DNA of 64,000 nucleotides from the human T2T-CHM13v2.0 reference genome, Homo sapiens: the NCBI RefSeq assembly GCF_009914755.1, contig NC_060935.1; one strand, written 5' to 3'. The number at the start of each line of letters is the position of its first letter. Position 1 is the first letter of the stretch. The notes below the pieces were generated by a model that was given only the letters and a program-made list of their open reading frames with translations, was not told the DNA's origin and did not search any database. This document shows, piece by piece, positions 33,091-48,544 of this stretch. The translations under genes and the position numbers were made by a program.

Positions 33091-33992
33091 TTTAATTCAC
33101 AGTAAAGCGGATATAAACTAAGAAGTATCTTTTCAGTGTATTCTAACTCTTCATGGCTGAGACACTCTTGGATTATGTGACTATCAAAACCCTGTCAACA
33201 TTCTTTTTCGGAACAGCTTAAAAAGCAGAAAAGGGAGTTTGCACCAATATTTCCCCATCTCCTTCATCCTCCATCCCCCATCCCAACCACCAGTTCTGGG
33301 GATCTAATATCCACCATAGTGACTGTAGTTAATAATACAGTATTGTTTACTTGAAATTTGATAAGAAAGCAGATTTTGAGTGTCCTTATTTCCCCTCACC
33401 CTCCCACACAAATGGTGACTATGGGTGGTGATGGATGTGTTAATTAGTTTTATTATGGTAACCATTACACAATGTATATGCCTATCAAATCATCACATTG
33501 TGCCCCATGAATACATACAATTTTTATTTGTTAATTATACCTGAATAAAGCTGAAAAAGAAATAGTAGAAAAAGGAAGATAAGCAGAGTGCCTTCAGGAA
33601 TCCCTCTAGTGACTTTAGATCCAGTGGTTTGATCTTCAAACATCTTTGGAAAAGGTGGGATTGGCTTTGATTTTGTAATTAGGAAAAGAGGTGGTCATCT
33701 TTTCCAGAAACCTGGAACTCTTTAAGAAGACATTTGAGGTTCTTTATAATAGAGCTCCTACCCGCCTTTCCAACCTTTCCTTCTACTGTTCTTTTCCATT
33801 GGCCATCCCATGCTTTGAATTAGCTATATCACTTTCCCACTCCTGCAAGTGCCATTTTTACCAATACCAATACCAATATTTTTGCATATTTATTACTCTT
33901 TCAACTACAATATAAACATCTTGAGGCAAGCACACATTTTGTACATTTCTGTATCCCTCATTACTCCAAGTGCATGAAAATACTTGTGCTTA

Positions 33993-34502
<510 letters not shown>

Positions 34503-34777
34503 TCACTCTATCTCAATCAGTGATGTGACTTTGTAGATCTTGCTCTTTGTAGATCTTAACCTTCTCATCTGTAAAAAGGGGACCTACACCATAGGATTAT
34601 CTTGAAAATTAAATGCATTAATACATAAAAGTGCTTAGCATATAACTCAACATAAAAAACACTAAAAAGGTGTTTACTGTTATTTTTCTTAGAGCCCTTA
34701 AGAACTTATACTACATAAGCACCGATGAAATTACCTAAAAGCCTTCTTAAAGAAGCTGAGCCTAGTTTGAAGATCTT

Positions 34778-35431
<654 letters not shown>

Positions 35432-35789
35432 ACCTTCTTTTAATATTAAAAGGATTTTTGCTCTACTTTGACTTTATTTCTAAAACTTTGCATGGCTATT
35501 TGCAATATGTACTTAATGTTTAACAACTGGCTCTCTAAGAAAGGAAGCCAGTCTTTTTGGTGTTTGCTGATTTCCCTGGTGTAAATACTCCCACTATGGC
35601 TAGATTGAAGCTACCAGTGGTTTAACAATGACTTGCACAATTCCTGAAAATTTAACAGTTGACCTTCGCTGTCAGAGCCAGTTCTCTCTGTTGGACCTAG
35701 ACCTCTGGTATCTTTAATAAGAGTCTTATGAATGCTATTAAGAGGCAGCTGTCATCATCTCCCTTCCTTCTGCTGGAGATTTTCTAGTC

Positions 35790-36130
35790 CACAGGTAGGC
35801 AAACTACTGCCTGTAGACTAAAGTTAGTCTGGCACCTGTTTTTCTGTGTGATGTGTGAATTAATAATGACTTTTACATTTTTAAGTAGTTGAAAAAAATT
35901 AAAAGAAGAGTAATACTTTATGATATATGGAAAATACATGAAACTCCTATTTCAGTGTTCATAAATAAAGTTTTGTTGAACACAGTCAGATTGATTTGTT
36001 TGTGGATTTTCTATGGCTGCATTTGCACTACAACAGCAGAGTTGAGTAGTTGTGATAGAGGCTGCATGGTTTGAAAATCTGAAAACATTTACTATCTGGC
36101 TCTTTACTGAGAAAATTTTTGACCCCTTAT
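35790..36130 (+). mobile_element. MER58B-like DNA transposon
   Basis: GGCAAACTAC...TCAGTGTTCATAAATAAAGTTTT...TTTGACCCCT motifs. Confidence 0.65.
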
Positions 36131-36393
36131 CTAGTCCATTAGTTGCTACTTTTCAAGAAAAATCTTATGCTTCACACTAATATATTAGGCAGAGAAAATA
36201 GAGCATCTCTGGTTGGTGTAGGCAGCTATGGGGTCCAGAGCCCCATCCCCAAGCCTCTCACTGCCTGAAGAAGTGTTCCATCAGTGGGGGCACCTAGGGC
36301 TCCCTGTAGAACTCTAAGGCTCCAAGAAGCACACTGTAAAAATTACTGATCTGTACCCACTTTCCTAAGGCTTCCATGGTTATACAATTCAGG

Positions 36394-36692
36394 TTTTTTT
36401 TTTTTTTTTTTTTTTTTGAGATGGAGTCTCACTCTGTCACCCAAGCTGGAGTGCAGTGGTGCCATCTTGGCTCACTGCAACCCTGCCTCCCAGGTTCAAG
36501 TGATTCTCATGCCTCAGCCTCCTGAGTAGCTGGGACTATAGACAACGCCATTACACCTGGTTAATTTTTGTATTTTTAGTAGAGACAGAGTTTTACCATG
36601 TTGGCCAGGCTGGTCTTGAACTCCTGACGCTAAGTGATCCACCTGCTTCCCAAAGTGCTGGGATTACAGGTATGAGCCACTGTGCCCAGCCC
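36394..36692 (-). mobile_element. Alu (AluS)
   Basis: Poly-T followed by antisense Alu. Confidence 0.95.
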
Positions 36693-37534
36693 AAGGTCTT
36701 TTTGATTAAAGTACCTAATGACCAGAGAGGAAAAAAGACCTCGAACACAGAGAAGGCTGATGACTAGGCCAAGCACTCAGACTCAGCTCTTCCTCTAGCT
36801 GAAAACCTAGTGTTCTTCTCTTGGTGGTGTTGGTTGAGGCCTTTGTCCTCTGAACTCTATTTCATCTCTTTGAGCTTGTTCTAGCATTACCTCTCTGACT
36901 ACGAGGAAAACACCACCTCCCTTCCCTTCCTGTCCTTATCCCTGAGCAGCCCATGAAGAATGGGTGTCTGTGCTGGATTGGATGTTTTACATTGCAGATT
37001 TACCAGTTTTCTAACTTTGTGGTTAACTCTTTCCTACTGTGAATCTCATATGGTTTTTGTTGCATATCAGCATTGGCATGTAGTGACCTGGATGGCAGGA
37101 CAGCTGTGTTCTCTTCCAGCTCTGCCTCCCCTTTTTGGTGATCTCCCTGCTTCGTGCTGGACCAGCAGATTTCTAAGGCCCTTGGCAGTTTTGATGTCAT
37201 CACCATTATTAGCAGCAGCGTCACACCACCTGGAGAAAAGCTGTAGCCCATAACATGCATTAATCACCAGCCAGCATTTGTATGCATGATCTCTTATTTT
37301 CATAACAACCTACCACGTATATATTATTATACTCAATCTACATAGGAGAGAACTGAAGCTCAGGAAAGGTAAGTGACTAGGCCGCAGAGAAATCCCATAT
37401 TGAGATTTGAGCCCATATCACTTTTGTTCTAAATTTGATGCTCCTTTCATTAGGCCACACTGCCTCTCTGCTAGTCTAAAGCTCACAGAAAGCTGGAATG
37501 GACAGGGACTGGGAAAGGCTTCTTGGCCACTCAC

Positions 37535-38358
37535 CTGAGAAAGCCTGGCTTCCCATGCATTGGCATACGTGCCTCCCAGGAATGGTCCCTCTCTCTCAGA
37601 GCAGGACATCAAGTTCTGATAGGCAACCCACAGGGCTTTGGCTGCCAGGTAGGCTTGGTAAGTGGCAGTTAGATCAGGAAGTTTGAAGGCAGACAGGTGG
37701 GCAGTGGTCATGTTCTCCAGCCCTGTGCGATGCCAAGCCCCTTCTCTGGCACTTTGGATGGAAGCCCCTAATCCAGACCACCTGTATCCCTGCACTCCTC
37801 CCACAGCTTCCTCATCAGACTGTTGCCTGGCTACACGGCTGGGCGCAGCGCCAACAGGAAGTCCTTAAAGGCAGGTATTATTCCTAAGTGTATGGTCAGG
37901 CTCAAGCTGCCATTCAGCAACTCGTGGGCTTTGGGACCCAGCACCGAGGGGTTATATGTGAAGGAGGTGGAAAAGATCCACATCCTCCCATTCACATTGT
38001 TCTCCTGAAGGGCCCCCGCCAGGAGTCTGAAGTGAAAATGGTAGCAGTCACAGACAATGACTGTGGCAGCAGGGGTTTAGGCAATGACGGTGGCCATGCT
38101 GTTGATGCTGTCATCTACACTGCTGATCTTTGAGAAGGCCATGCAGCCACCCTCGCCCCCGATCTGCTTCTGCAGCTGCTGATCCAGCCACTCAAAGTTG
38201 CTGTTGTCATAACTGACCAGGCCTACTCAGGTCCAGTTAAAGTAACTCAAGAGCTTGGCCAGGACTCAAGGCTGGTGGGTGCTGCTGGGCACTGTGCGGA
38301 GGAAGGATGGGAACTGGAAACAGTTGGAAAACTGGGGGCGCTGAGATCCATGGCTGAT
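37535..38358 (-). pseudogene. V2R exon 3 (large Venus-flytrap exon), 824 nt
   Basis: Acceptor CCCCCAG|ATC and donor CAG|GTGAGT; ISHG..FQFPSFLRTVPS..LLSYFNWT*VGLV..GGCMAF..GRMWIFS..IPAFKDFL..LWEE; at least 4 stops plus a frameshift. Confidence 0.92.
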
Positions 38359-38818
38359 CTGGGGGAAAGGAACAGAGCTGTACATTCCTGGCCTGAACAC
38401 ACTTGCTCAGGATCCACAAATGTTCTCACCAGCCTTGTAACTTGGCCTCATTTTTCCCTCTCTGGCTTTTATTTCTAATTATTATCTCACTGGCCTTTGA
38501 TATATGCTGTTTCCAGGTCCTTCGAAAGCCTGTGGGCTCAGGCCTAAGAAACCAACTGACGTTTTTAGAAAGGAATGCAGCGGACTAAAGAATGCCAACA
38601 TATCTTCCAGTGGGGGTGGGAGAAGCAGAGAGGTATAGATGTGCTAACGGCTTTGTTTCTCTCTATACATTGTATAATTCTTGGCATTATTTGAAAGATA
38701 AAGGCTCAAGTGAATTAAAAGCTGTATAATTGTTAATAGAATAAAAACAAGATATATAAATTCCAAAGCAGCAGAAGGAAAATAATTGGAAAAAATGATC
38801 AAATTAAAAAAAATTCAG

Positions 38819-39091
38819 GGCCGGGCACAGTGGCTCATGCCTGTAATCCCAGCACTTTGGGAGGCTGAGGCGGGCAGATCAATTGAGGTCAGGAGTTCGA
38901 GACCAGCCTGGCCAGCATGGTGAAACCCTGTCTCTACTAAAAGTACAAAAATTAGCCGGGTGTGGTGGCGCATGCCTGTAATTCCAGTTACTTGAGGCAG
39001 AAGAATTGCTTGAACCCGGGAGACAGAGGTTGCAGTGAGTCAAGATTGCACCACTGCACTCCTGCCTGGGTGACTGAGTGAGGCTCTGTCT

Positions 39092-39123
<32 letters not shown>
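38819..39123 (+). mobile_element. Alu (AluS)
   Basis: Full Alu with a long A tail. Confidence 0.95.
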
Positions 39124-39125
<2 letters not shown>

Positions 39126-40036
39126 AAAGGGAGAAAGCATAAGAACTAGAAAACTAAATAAAAATCTCTATTATTTCTATTATTATAGTTTTATTAACAG
39201 AAAGCAATGACCCAGCATAATAAATAGAAATTATATAAGATGGCAGAATACCATCAAACCATATCAGCAGTCAGCTTAAATGATAGGTTACATTACCCTA
39301 CTTACGAAGAGCGTGCTGTATTCTCTACTTGCCTGTCTTGACACACTCTCCAGGCTTCTCTGTAATAGCTCTGAGCTCCAGAAGGGCTGATCTTTGTGGA
39401 TTGTGTCAAAGAGCTGCCCTGCCCTCTGCCTTCTGGTAGGAGACTTGCTGGGAGACTTGGGGTAGGGGGAAAGTGAGGTTGAGGTATTCATTTCTCCCTG
39501 CTTAGCCATGGGTGGGCAGTGGCTGCCTTCCTCAGCTCTGCTTCCTCTCCCAAGGATGGAAACAGCTTCCGACTGTGGCTGTCCTTCAGGTGTTTCACCA
39601 TTATCCCTTCCCACTCCTTTGAAAGCAGCCCCTTCATCTGGGTTTTTCCTTTTCAAAGGTAAAGAGGGGAGAATTGAGCTCTCCTGTCATGGGGCAGCTG
39701 AGTAAAGATTTTGACTATAATAGATGGGAAATTTTCAAACTGGATAAAAATCAAGCCGGTTATTTGCTATTTAGAAGAAACACAAGTAAAGCAAAATAAC
39801 AAGAAAATCTAATATCAGGGGATGGGTAACATAAAAATCTTAGGTGAGTCCACTTGACCTGGAGGCTCTCCAGCCCTCCTGCCTAAGGAAAGCTGGGAGG
39901 CTTTTGGAGCAGAGGGGAAGGGGTTGTCAGTGTAGAGTGTGATTTCTGGTGGGCAGACCTAGTGGGTGCCCATATGATGTATTAAGTTTTCTTTAACCTG
40001 TTTATCAGCAAAAAAAATTTCAGGAGCTATGGTCAG

Positions 40037-40147
40037 GAGTTCGAGACTAGCCTGGCCAGCATGGCGAAACCCTGTCTCTGCTAAAAGTACAAAAAGTAGG
40101 GGGGTGTGGTGGCTCATGCTTGTAATTCCAGTTACTTGGAAGGCTGT
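40037..40147 (+). mobile_element. Internal Alu fragment flanked by an 11-bp direct repeat
   Basis: GCTATGGTCAG at 40026-40036 and 40148-40158; no Alu termini or tail. Confidence 0.85.
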
Positions 40148-43100
40148 GCTATGGTCAGTTGAATATTAAACTTAAGAAAGAGTCATGAAATTAAGAGAGC
40201 ACTTTTTTTTTTTTGATAGAGGAGGATAAGAACAAAACACAGTGTGGCCTGTTTATTGAGGAGTCCCAAACCTGCCGTACAGCCTTCCCTGATCCCTGCT
40301 CCTCAAGCTGAGATCTAGTTCTTAATTCTTGGTTCATGCCAGCCCTGGGATCATCGCCTTTGTCACATCATTGCTGAACTCTTTCTACTTCAGACTGTTC
40401 GAGTTTATGCCTTTTCCTCTCCAATCAGATTCTAAGCAGGATCCATTCAATTTATCTTAGTTGTTGAGTGCATGAGTGAATGCCTGTTCTTTTCTCTTCT
40501 CTCCTGCTCATCTTCTTCCTGCTTTCCTTCCCCTACAGGCTCCTCAGGTCAGTGCAGGGGCTCACTGTCAGACTTTTCCCAGCCTACCATAAGGAAGCTG
40601 TCCTACCAGATATGTGCAGACAAGTTCTTTTACTTCAAAGTTTTTGGTGAGTCTTTGGCCCTATATTGGGCAAAATTACACAGAGGACGTGGGAGCCAGC
40701 TTTTCTCCAAAGTTAACTGCTCCTTCCAGGCTTGCATTGTATCATCATTATCACTAATAGCAATTCCAACTAACAGTCATTGAGGGTTTAAGTACCAGGC
40801 CCTGGTTATTCCATTGTTAATATCCACAATGACTCTAAGAGGCAAATACATTATCATTAACCTTTGTTACCTTCGTTTTGTAGATGAGGAATGTGAAGCT
40901 CAGACAGATGACTCAATTTGTCAAGGTCACATAATCAGTAACTAGCGTTTGTAAGATCCAGGTTTGCTGACTGTCAAGCCAGTGCCCTTCATTGTTTCTA
41001 GCTCTTCGGCTTCCCAGCCCACCTCTGTCCAGTGATCTCTGTTGGTGAGTTGTATGAAATGAGGTGGGTCCTTTGATTTTTAGGGACTCTGGGGTTTTGG
41101 AAAACCAGAGTCGGCAACAGCAAGGGCTATTGCAAAATGCTCAAGAATTTCTTAAGATGTAACACATTTGGAGCTCCCTTGGATTTTTAGCAAGTTAAAG
41201 GTAGCACTTAGCATATGTTAAGCATTGAGGTGCCAGTGGTGGTTACAATCTGCTCTGTAGCTTCAGAAATGTCTCGGTTCACACCCATTCAACAGATGCG
41301 ATCTGAACAACAGCTACATGCCAGTTCGTATACTAATATGAGCAAAACCTACTTGCCAATCTCAAAGATCTCCTGGTGAGTGGTACGTGAGCAACAAGAT
41401 GATGTCATAGTTTCAAGAAAGGGGAACTCACCCAGAAATGACTAGTATAGGTAGGAATGGTGCAGGCTTCCCAAAATCATTGCCAAGACCAGACACCACT
41501 TACTAAGAGTGAGAAATGTAACTTTCAACGTGACCAACATTGTGTTGGCTGGTCAGTGTATTCTCTCCCTACAGAAAGTGTCTATCTGAAGCCAAATTAT
41601 TCTCAGAAGGATTATCCATAAGCCTAGCATTGTGGCACAAAGAAATAACTGGACCATTGTGGCTCTGAAGTCAGACCTGCCTAGACAAACAGAGTTTAGC
41701 TCGGCTGAGACATCCTCTCCCTTATAAAGGACGGAAACACCCACGTAGGTTGAGCCACTTTTTAGTTGATTGGGTTATCATCTATCTAGGAGAGAGACTC
41801 CCTTAGTTACATTCCAGTCCTAAGGATATGCCTGGCTCACCTCCCACATCTCCCCAGCATCAAGCCCAAGGGTCCTTTGTGAAGAGGTTAACCTCAGGCA
41901 ATCTAAATTCGTTTTCCTAAGGATCAGCCTTGGAGGTCACACACTCCTAGGTCTAGATCCCCTAAAAATTGAACTCACTTAGGATGTAGGCATCTTCTCT
42001 CTAGCACTGTGGGGAGAATGGTCTTGGGTCTAATACTACCTGCTGTGCTGAATGAGAACTCAAAGCAGCCTGCAGGCATGGGGATTGTACTAATTTCATG
42101 CACTTCAGCTTTTTTAGTTAAGGCAATCAAGATCTTAAAAAAGTAACTTATTTTCATGCCTTTGTAAGACTTTTCATGTAAACAAAAAACTAGAAAAAGC
42201 AATCCTGTCAATTAGATGTCTTGAGGTTTGACTTAGAAGACATCATTCTAAGCCACTGTAACCTAACATTCTAATTTGGAGGCTTGAGGCTGCGTTGTTC
42301 TGCCCTGAGTTCTCTCAAGATAGGCCTTTTGAGAGCCATGTGGGTGCCCTGGAGTTATGGTTATATGAGTTCATGCTTGCCTTCTCTTCCAGAGTGCGAG
42401 CATCCCTGAGGATAGGGCTATGGCCTCACACGTGCCTCATGGTACATGTGGCTATAGCACAATTCTCTACACCACTGGTGGTGGTGTGCTCAGTAAACAT
42501 TTGGAAATAGTAACCAGTACAAAAAGAGGGAGCAGTTTCATATAGGGCAGTTTCCCTACTATTTGCTTCTGTACTTTCTTTTTCCCCTGGAATCAAGGTC
42601 CCTGGGTTTTAATCTCAAAATACTATTTATTAGCTATGTGACTTTGGACAAGTAACATTTCTTCTCAGGTTCAATGTCATCATCTGCAAAATGGGACTAA
42701 TTATAGTATCTATTTCATAGGGTTGTGAAGATTAAATGAGATAATAAAAGAAGATAATAGCAATAGGAAATACTGATATTGCACTTACTATAAGCCAGGC
42801 ATTTTTCTAAATGTTTTACATGTATTAATTTATTTAATCTTAAGGATTTGAACACATGCAAAGGATCTAAAAATCACCTTTCTACTAGTAAATATCCAGT
42901 AAATGATAGATATAGTTATTATTAGAGTTACTCTCAGCCAATATTGCAGAAGAAAAAAAGCATGTGATAAACTCATTTCTACTAGGGTGTGACTGACTGA
43001 CGATAGGTACATATCACTCCTCCTAGAGAATAAAGTGTTTGCATCTAACTGGATATTTTTAATTGTGGCATTTGAAGCCTCAGTGGAATTTACAAGGGAA

Positions 43101-43858
43101 GATATTTAATTTTTGGGGGGGTGAGTTTTAAAGGTCACAATCAGGCAGTCAGGTACCGTTCAGGCATGCCAAGGGAAATAAATATTCTTCACCTGGGAAA
43201 TAATTTCATAAACATTGCCTCCCTGCCTAACAGATTTAATATATACTGAAGATCATACTGAAATCTAGGCAAATGTTTCAAAGAAACATCAAGAAATCCA
43301 GTGGAATGGTTTGTCACTTGTTCAACTTTCCAAATTTCTGGGAAGGCTGCAAAGGAGGAATGAGATGATCCTAGCCTGGGTTATAAATCTTAGATGCTGT
43401 CATCAGCCCTCAGATCATGGTTGGTTGGCGAGTGCAGGGCCTCCAGGGATTATTAATCCTGGGGATTCCAGCCTGTTTAAGACATCGATAGGACAATTAT
43501 GGGAGTTTAGCCTAAGTTTGCCAAATTTTTATTTTGCCACAAAAAGTTAGTGATAAAACCACCATCTAAGGAGGGTTGGTGACCTCACACCAACATGCGC
43601 ATACACTGTGTCATTTCTTTGTCATTCTGTTGCAAATCAGAGAAAGATAGCCGCAAACCAGCACTAGTCCATGGACCAGCATTCAGAAATGTTCTAGTCC
43701 AATACTCGTCTCCCGTTTTGTAGAAAGGGAGAATCCCAGGCCCAGGGAAGTAACCTTTTTGAGGTCATAGCTCTGATCTTTCTACCAGGCTGCACTTTGT
43801 CATTGTGTGCCCAGCCAGAGTATTTAAGTGGTTTTCTCTTTCCAGGCATGTCTCTCAC

Positions 43859-44141
43859 CTGAGGGACTCTGTAGATGGAGAGCAGCTCAGACATGGGCTC
43901 TGACTCCAGGAAGGTCATCCCTCCAACCACGCCCAGGAGATGTTGCTGGGAGCCACAAGCATAGTTGGTTGTGGGTGGAAGCTGATTGGACAGCAGGGCC
44001 AGGGTGCTCCCCAGAGCCTGGATCCCTGAGATGCAGGAGTCATAAATCTGCAGTCCCACAGTGATGTCGGGCAGCCCCTTCTGCCTCAGCCACAGCAAAG
44101 AGAGGGGACTCAGGGCATTCAGGAAAAGGAGGACTTTGAAT
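43859..44141 (-). pseudogene. V2R exon 2, 283 nt
   Basis: Acceptor CTCTCTAAG|ATT and donor CAG|GTGAGA; ..LFAVAE.. LPDITVGLQIYDSC..TNYAC..GVVGG..LLSIYRVPQ. Confidence 0.88.
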
Positions 44142-44315
44142 CTTAGAGAGGGTCAAGGACAGAAGGAGTTAGATTTGGCCAGTAGCATTCTAAAGAGCCA
44201 CAAAAAACAGCCCCAGGGAGTCCCTCCTTGGGAGGAGCAAAGGAGAGGTGGGACTGAATGTAGATGTACATTTGCTTAAAGAAGCATTGGGGTAGGGGAG
44301 AATTCTAGAGATTTA

Positions 44316-44830
44316 GACACATACACACACACAACACACACGCACACAAGCAGATAGACTTAGAGAAAGGCTGCAGTTTCCTAGAGTTGGACAAGGAGAC
44401 ACACAGAGTGACAGGTGGGCAGATAGACACACACAGACTCATTGTAGTGCAAAGAGAGGCTGACAGCAATGGAGGCACATAAACAGCATCGGCTCTACAA
44501 ACTCAGGCAGACACCTGACAGAGGGGCTATGGAGTGGACGGGACACGTAAACAGGAAGACACATGGACTGGGATAGGTTATTCAGATGCAGAAACAGTCA
44601 GATACACACAGAGACAGGCACTCTGATGTAGAAGAGATAAGGACACAGGTGACACAGACACATAGAGAGACTGGTAGTCACATACACAGGCAGACAGATG
44701 GGTGCAGGCCTAGGCAGACAGGCAGATATCTGCATAGACAGACAGAAGCAGAGAGTGATGAGTAGAGGCAAAAGACACACAGCACATGCCTTTGACAAAA
44801 ACTCAGGCATGCCTTTGACAAAAACTCAGG
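44316..44830. repeat. Degenerate CA/ACAG-rich simple-repeat tract ending in a 23-bp tandem duplication
   Basis: (CA)n and ACAG/GACA motifs; CATGCCTTTGACAAAAACTCAGG occurs twice at ~44785-44830. Confidence 0.7.
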
Positions 44831-45567
44831 AAGAAATAAGACAGACCTGGGGCAGGTGATGTAGGAGTCTAGCTAAATACTTCCTGGGCATCTTTTTGGA
44901 GAGGAACTGCTGGCTCACAGATTGAAGTCTGGTTCAAAACTAGTTAAGCCTTGGAAACAGTTCAGATATGCATGAAAGCTGAATTTGTGGGCTCATGTTG
45001 CTGACAAGGGTGGGTCTGGGGCTACCTTCTCTGTGAATGTGCCCATGAAGATACATCTTGCCTCTCATGGCTTTAGTTGCCGTGATTTTGAAAACACGCC
45101 CAGGCAGAAGTTGCTGGGCTCTGCTGTCCAGCAAATTTAAGGAGTGTTAGCATTGTGCAAAGGGGGGCATTGAGACCCAGAGAGAGAAAAGGCCTTGCTT
45201 GCAGTTGCTCAGCTGCTCAGAGAGAACTAGGACTAGAACAGACCCTCTAATGCTCAGGTGCGTGTTCCTACTGCCGGGTCTTGGCACCTGTGACAATGTC
45301 TTGAAGACACACAGCCTAGTGTGGATTCAGTCCCTCACTGTGGCTTCCACCAACTTACTTCTCACCCAACCCCCAAAGACTCTGAGGGAACTCACGGAGA
45401 GGGGCGCTGTCCTGGCCAAGGGTCTCCCTGTCAGGAGCCCTGTAGTGGGTATGACAGGTCTGGAGTCCCCAGCTGCCTACAGTGATTGGGAAGGTGGCTC
45501 CCTCCCCTCCCTCCCTCCCTCCTTCTCTCCCTCTCTCCCTCTCCAGGGATTAAAAAGCATGACCCAC

Positions 45568-45777
45568 TGTCAGCATAGTGGCTGCTCCGGAGGCTGCTGG
45601 AACTTGACTTCTGTCTGGTCCAGCGCTGTGTGTAAGGGGTCGCAGCCCGGATGAACATATCTCCTTTGGTGGAGAAGGTGTCTGCAGGTCTGGACGTTGG
45701 CAGGTAGCTGGGGGTCCAGATAGTGTCCACCATGGACACTGTGAGAGCAAGACCACAAGGACCGCAGGATAGGACAT
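45568..45777 (-). pseudogene. V2R exon 1 (signal peptide plus N-terminus), 210 nt
   Basis: ATG at 45777 gives MSYPAVLVVLLSQCPWW (signal-like); after frameshifts FSTKGDMFI.. and PLHTALDQTEVKFQQPPEQPLC; donor CA|GTGGGT. Confidence 0.75.
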
Positions 45778-46422
45778 GTGGATTGTCCTTCTCTGTGGGC
45801 CTTTGGCTGGGGGTCCTTTGTTGTCAGAGCGTCTGTGCCTGCTTCGTTTGCGAGGATCTAGGCACACCTGCTGGGGCTTCCATGGGACCCCAAAAAGAAG
45901 GAAATTGACTGTAGTTGAGCTCTCAGCCTTTGCCTTACATGGTGATATCTTCAGCGTTCTCCAGGTCTCCGAGACTTTCTTATTTCCCTGGACCCCCAGC
46001 AGCCCCCATCCTTGCCTCTAGCACCCTGTCAACTACTAATTTTCCTTACTTTCAGGCCGAAGTTGACTGGCAGAGACAGCCCCAGGGTATAGGAGTGGGA
46101 AGGATGCCCTTCCCATCCACACCTCTGTTCTTCTGGTGACCCTGCACCAGGGTCTGTGTTTATGAAGAAGTCAGACTTCCTGTCCCTGGGCCTCCTGGGC
46201 CCACACCCCATCATCTTCAAAGTCAGAAATAATCCGGTGATGCACAGGAGAGGCCGGGGGTCTCCAGGGAGAGGCTGTAAAACAAGCCAGCAAAGCAGGT
46301 TTCCTGAGTCTGTGGCTGAAGGCCCCCTGTCAGTCTCACCGGCACTGGGGAGTGTGTGCTGTCCATCGTGTCCACAGTGGGGCACAGGCTAAGGGAGGGC
46401 TGGCTGCAGGGTTCAGCTGTAA

Positions 46423-46742
<320 letters not shown>

Positions 46743-47462
46743 TGTTTTTGGCTTGAATTCTATTCCCAAATCTGCTGCGAATTCTCGGAGTGATCTTGGG
46801 CAAATCACCTTCTCTTTTTGGGCCTCAGTTTCCCTCTCTGTGATGGGAAAATATTGGATTCAACTGTTTGCAAACTCTATTTCAATGGCAAAACCCTTTC
46901 ATAACATACTGTACAGTGTGGATTGAAATAATGGACTCTGAGACAAACACAGTCAAGGTTCCAGAAAGGTCCAGTTGAGCACCTGAGGGCAGTAAGAGGA
47001 GGGCTGGTGCCAGGGCCTCAGAAGGCCAGTATTGGGATTGTAACAGTGGTACAGTGTACAAAGCCTCCTCCAACCTACTTTCCTATTTGGTCCTCATGAT
47101 AGTCCACATACAGCAGGAATGCTCTTTCTCATTTTACAAGTGGGAAATGGAAGTGTGGAGAGGTGGGGTGATTTGCTCCAGGTCACACAGGCAGTAAAAA
47201 GGACTCGAGTCTCCTGGATCCTGCCCCAGACCTGCACTGACTTATAAGGTGGCCCTGCAGAAACGGGGAAGGGCATGCTCTGCAAGGGCCACCTGCCAAC
47301 TTGCTGGATGAGGCATTGATGCAGCTGGGCTGCTGAGTGTTTTGAAGTATTTCCCTATGGGGGAGGGTAGGAGGACCATGCACCATGTCCTTTCTCACCC
47401 ACGCTGCCTCACAGAGCAAGAGAGACAACCTGCCATGAGCTCCAATAAAGCCCAGGACACCC

Positions 47463-47777
47463 AGCCGGGCATGGTGGCTCACGCCTGTAATCCCAGGACT
47501 TTGGGAGGCCGAGGTGGGTGGATTACCTGAGTTCAGGAGTTCAAGACCAGCCTGATCAACATGTTAAACCCTGTCTCTACAAAAATACAAAAAAAAAAAA
47601 AAATTAGCTGGACATGATGGTAGGTGCCTGTAAATCCAGCTACTCAGGAGACTGAGGCAGGAGAATCACTTGAACCTGGGAGGTGGAGGCTGTAGTGAGC
47701 TGAGGTTGTCATTGCACTCCAGTCTGGGTGACAGAGTGAGACTCTGTCTCAAAAAGAAAAAAAAAAAAGAAAAAAAA
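47463..47777 (+). mobile_element. Alu (AluS)
   Basis: Full Alu with A tail. Confidence 0.95.
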
Positions 47778-48544
47778 GGCCCGGGAAACCCAATGCCATG
47801 GTTTCCATGCCAGGTTGGTGGCTGAAGCCTGAAATTCCTCTGTTACACAGCAACCCTCCAACAGCCCACGGGAATGAGCCCATGCCATGTAGGAAGATCG
47901 TCTTAGCATGAACCCTCAGACACTTCCCAAGTTACACCAAAAATAGTCCCCAGGATTCAAATCCTGACCCAGGGCCAGATATTTAACATCTGTGGGTCTC
48001 ACCTTTATCTCACATAAAATGGGAGTGATTGCCTTCCCTGCCCACTTGGCTGTTGAGAAGCTTCAGTGTGATCATTTAGGTCATCAAAAGAGCTTTTCCA
48101 ATTTTCAAGTGCTGTGAATAATAAGAGGTGGTTATTCCAGGATTGGTAATTCAGTAACAACAGCATAGTGGTGTGAATAGCGGCTCTCAGGGGCACTCCA
48201 GAGAGCAGTTTGGTGGGAGGCAAGTGGGGAGATTATGGGCAGGGACTATACACTGGTTGGCCTGAAGGGAGCACCAGGGAGCGGGAAAAGTGCAGCGCTG
48301 GAGATTCGCATCCATGAATATAAATTGTCCAACACATTATTCTGCCCATGCCAGCCCCGAGAACATGTTCAGGAACCTCAGAAAGGGAGAGCAAATGGCC
48401 CAGGGGAAATTCTGCTTGTTAGTTCAGCCATGTGGGGACTGTCTCCGCCTGTGAGTGACAGTCCAGTGCCTCTAATGGCTGCTTGAAGGTTACCTGGGGG
48501 TGTCCACTCACAGGGATTTGCTTTGTGACTGTTACTCAAGTGAG

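Noticed and set aside
46029-46385. 118-aa ORF upstream of V2R exon 1 as an extra coding exon
   Set aside because: No class C GPCR motif, and the signal-peptide exon is already accounted for at 45777
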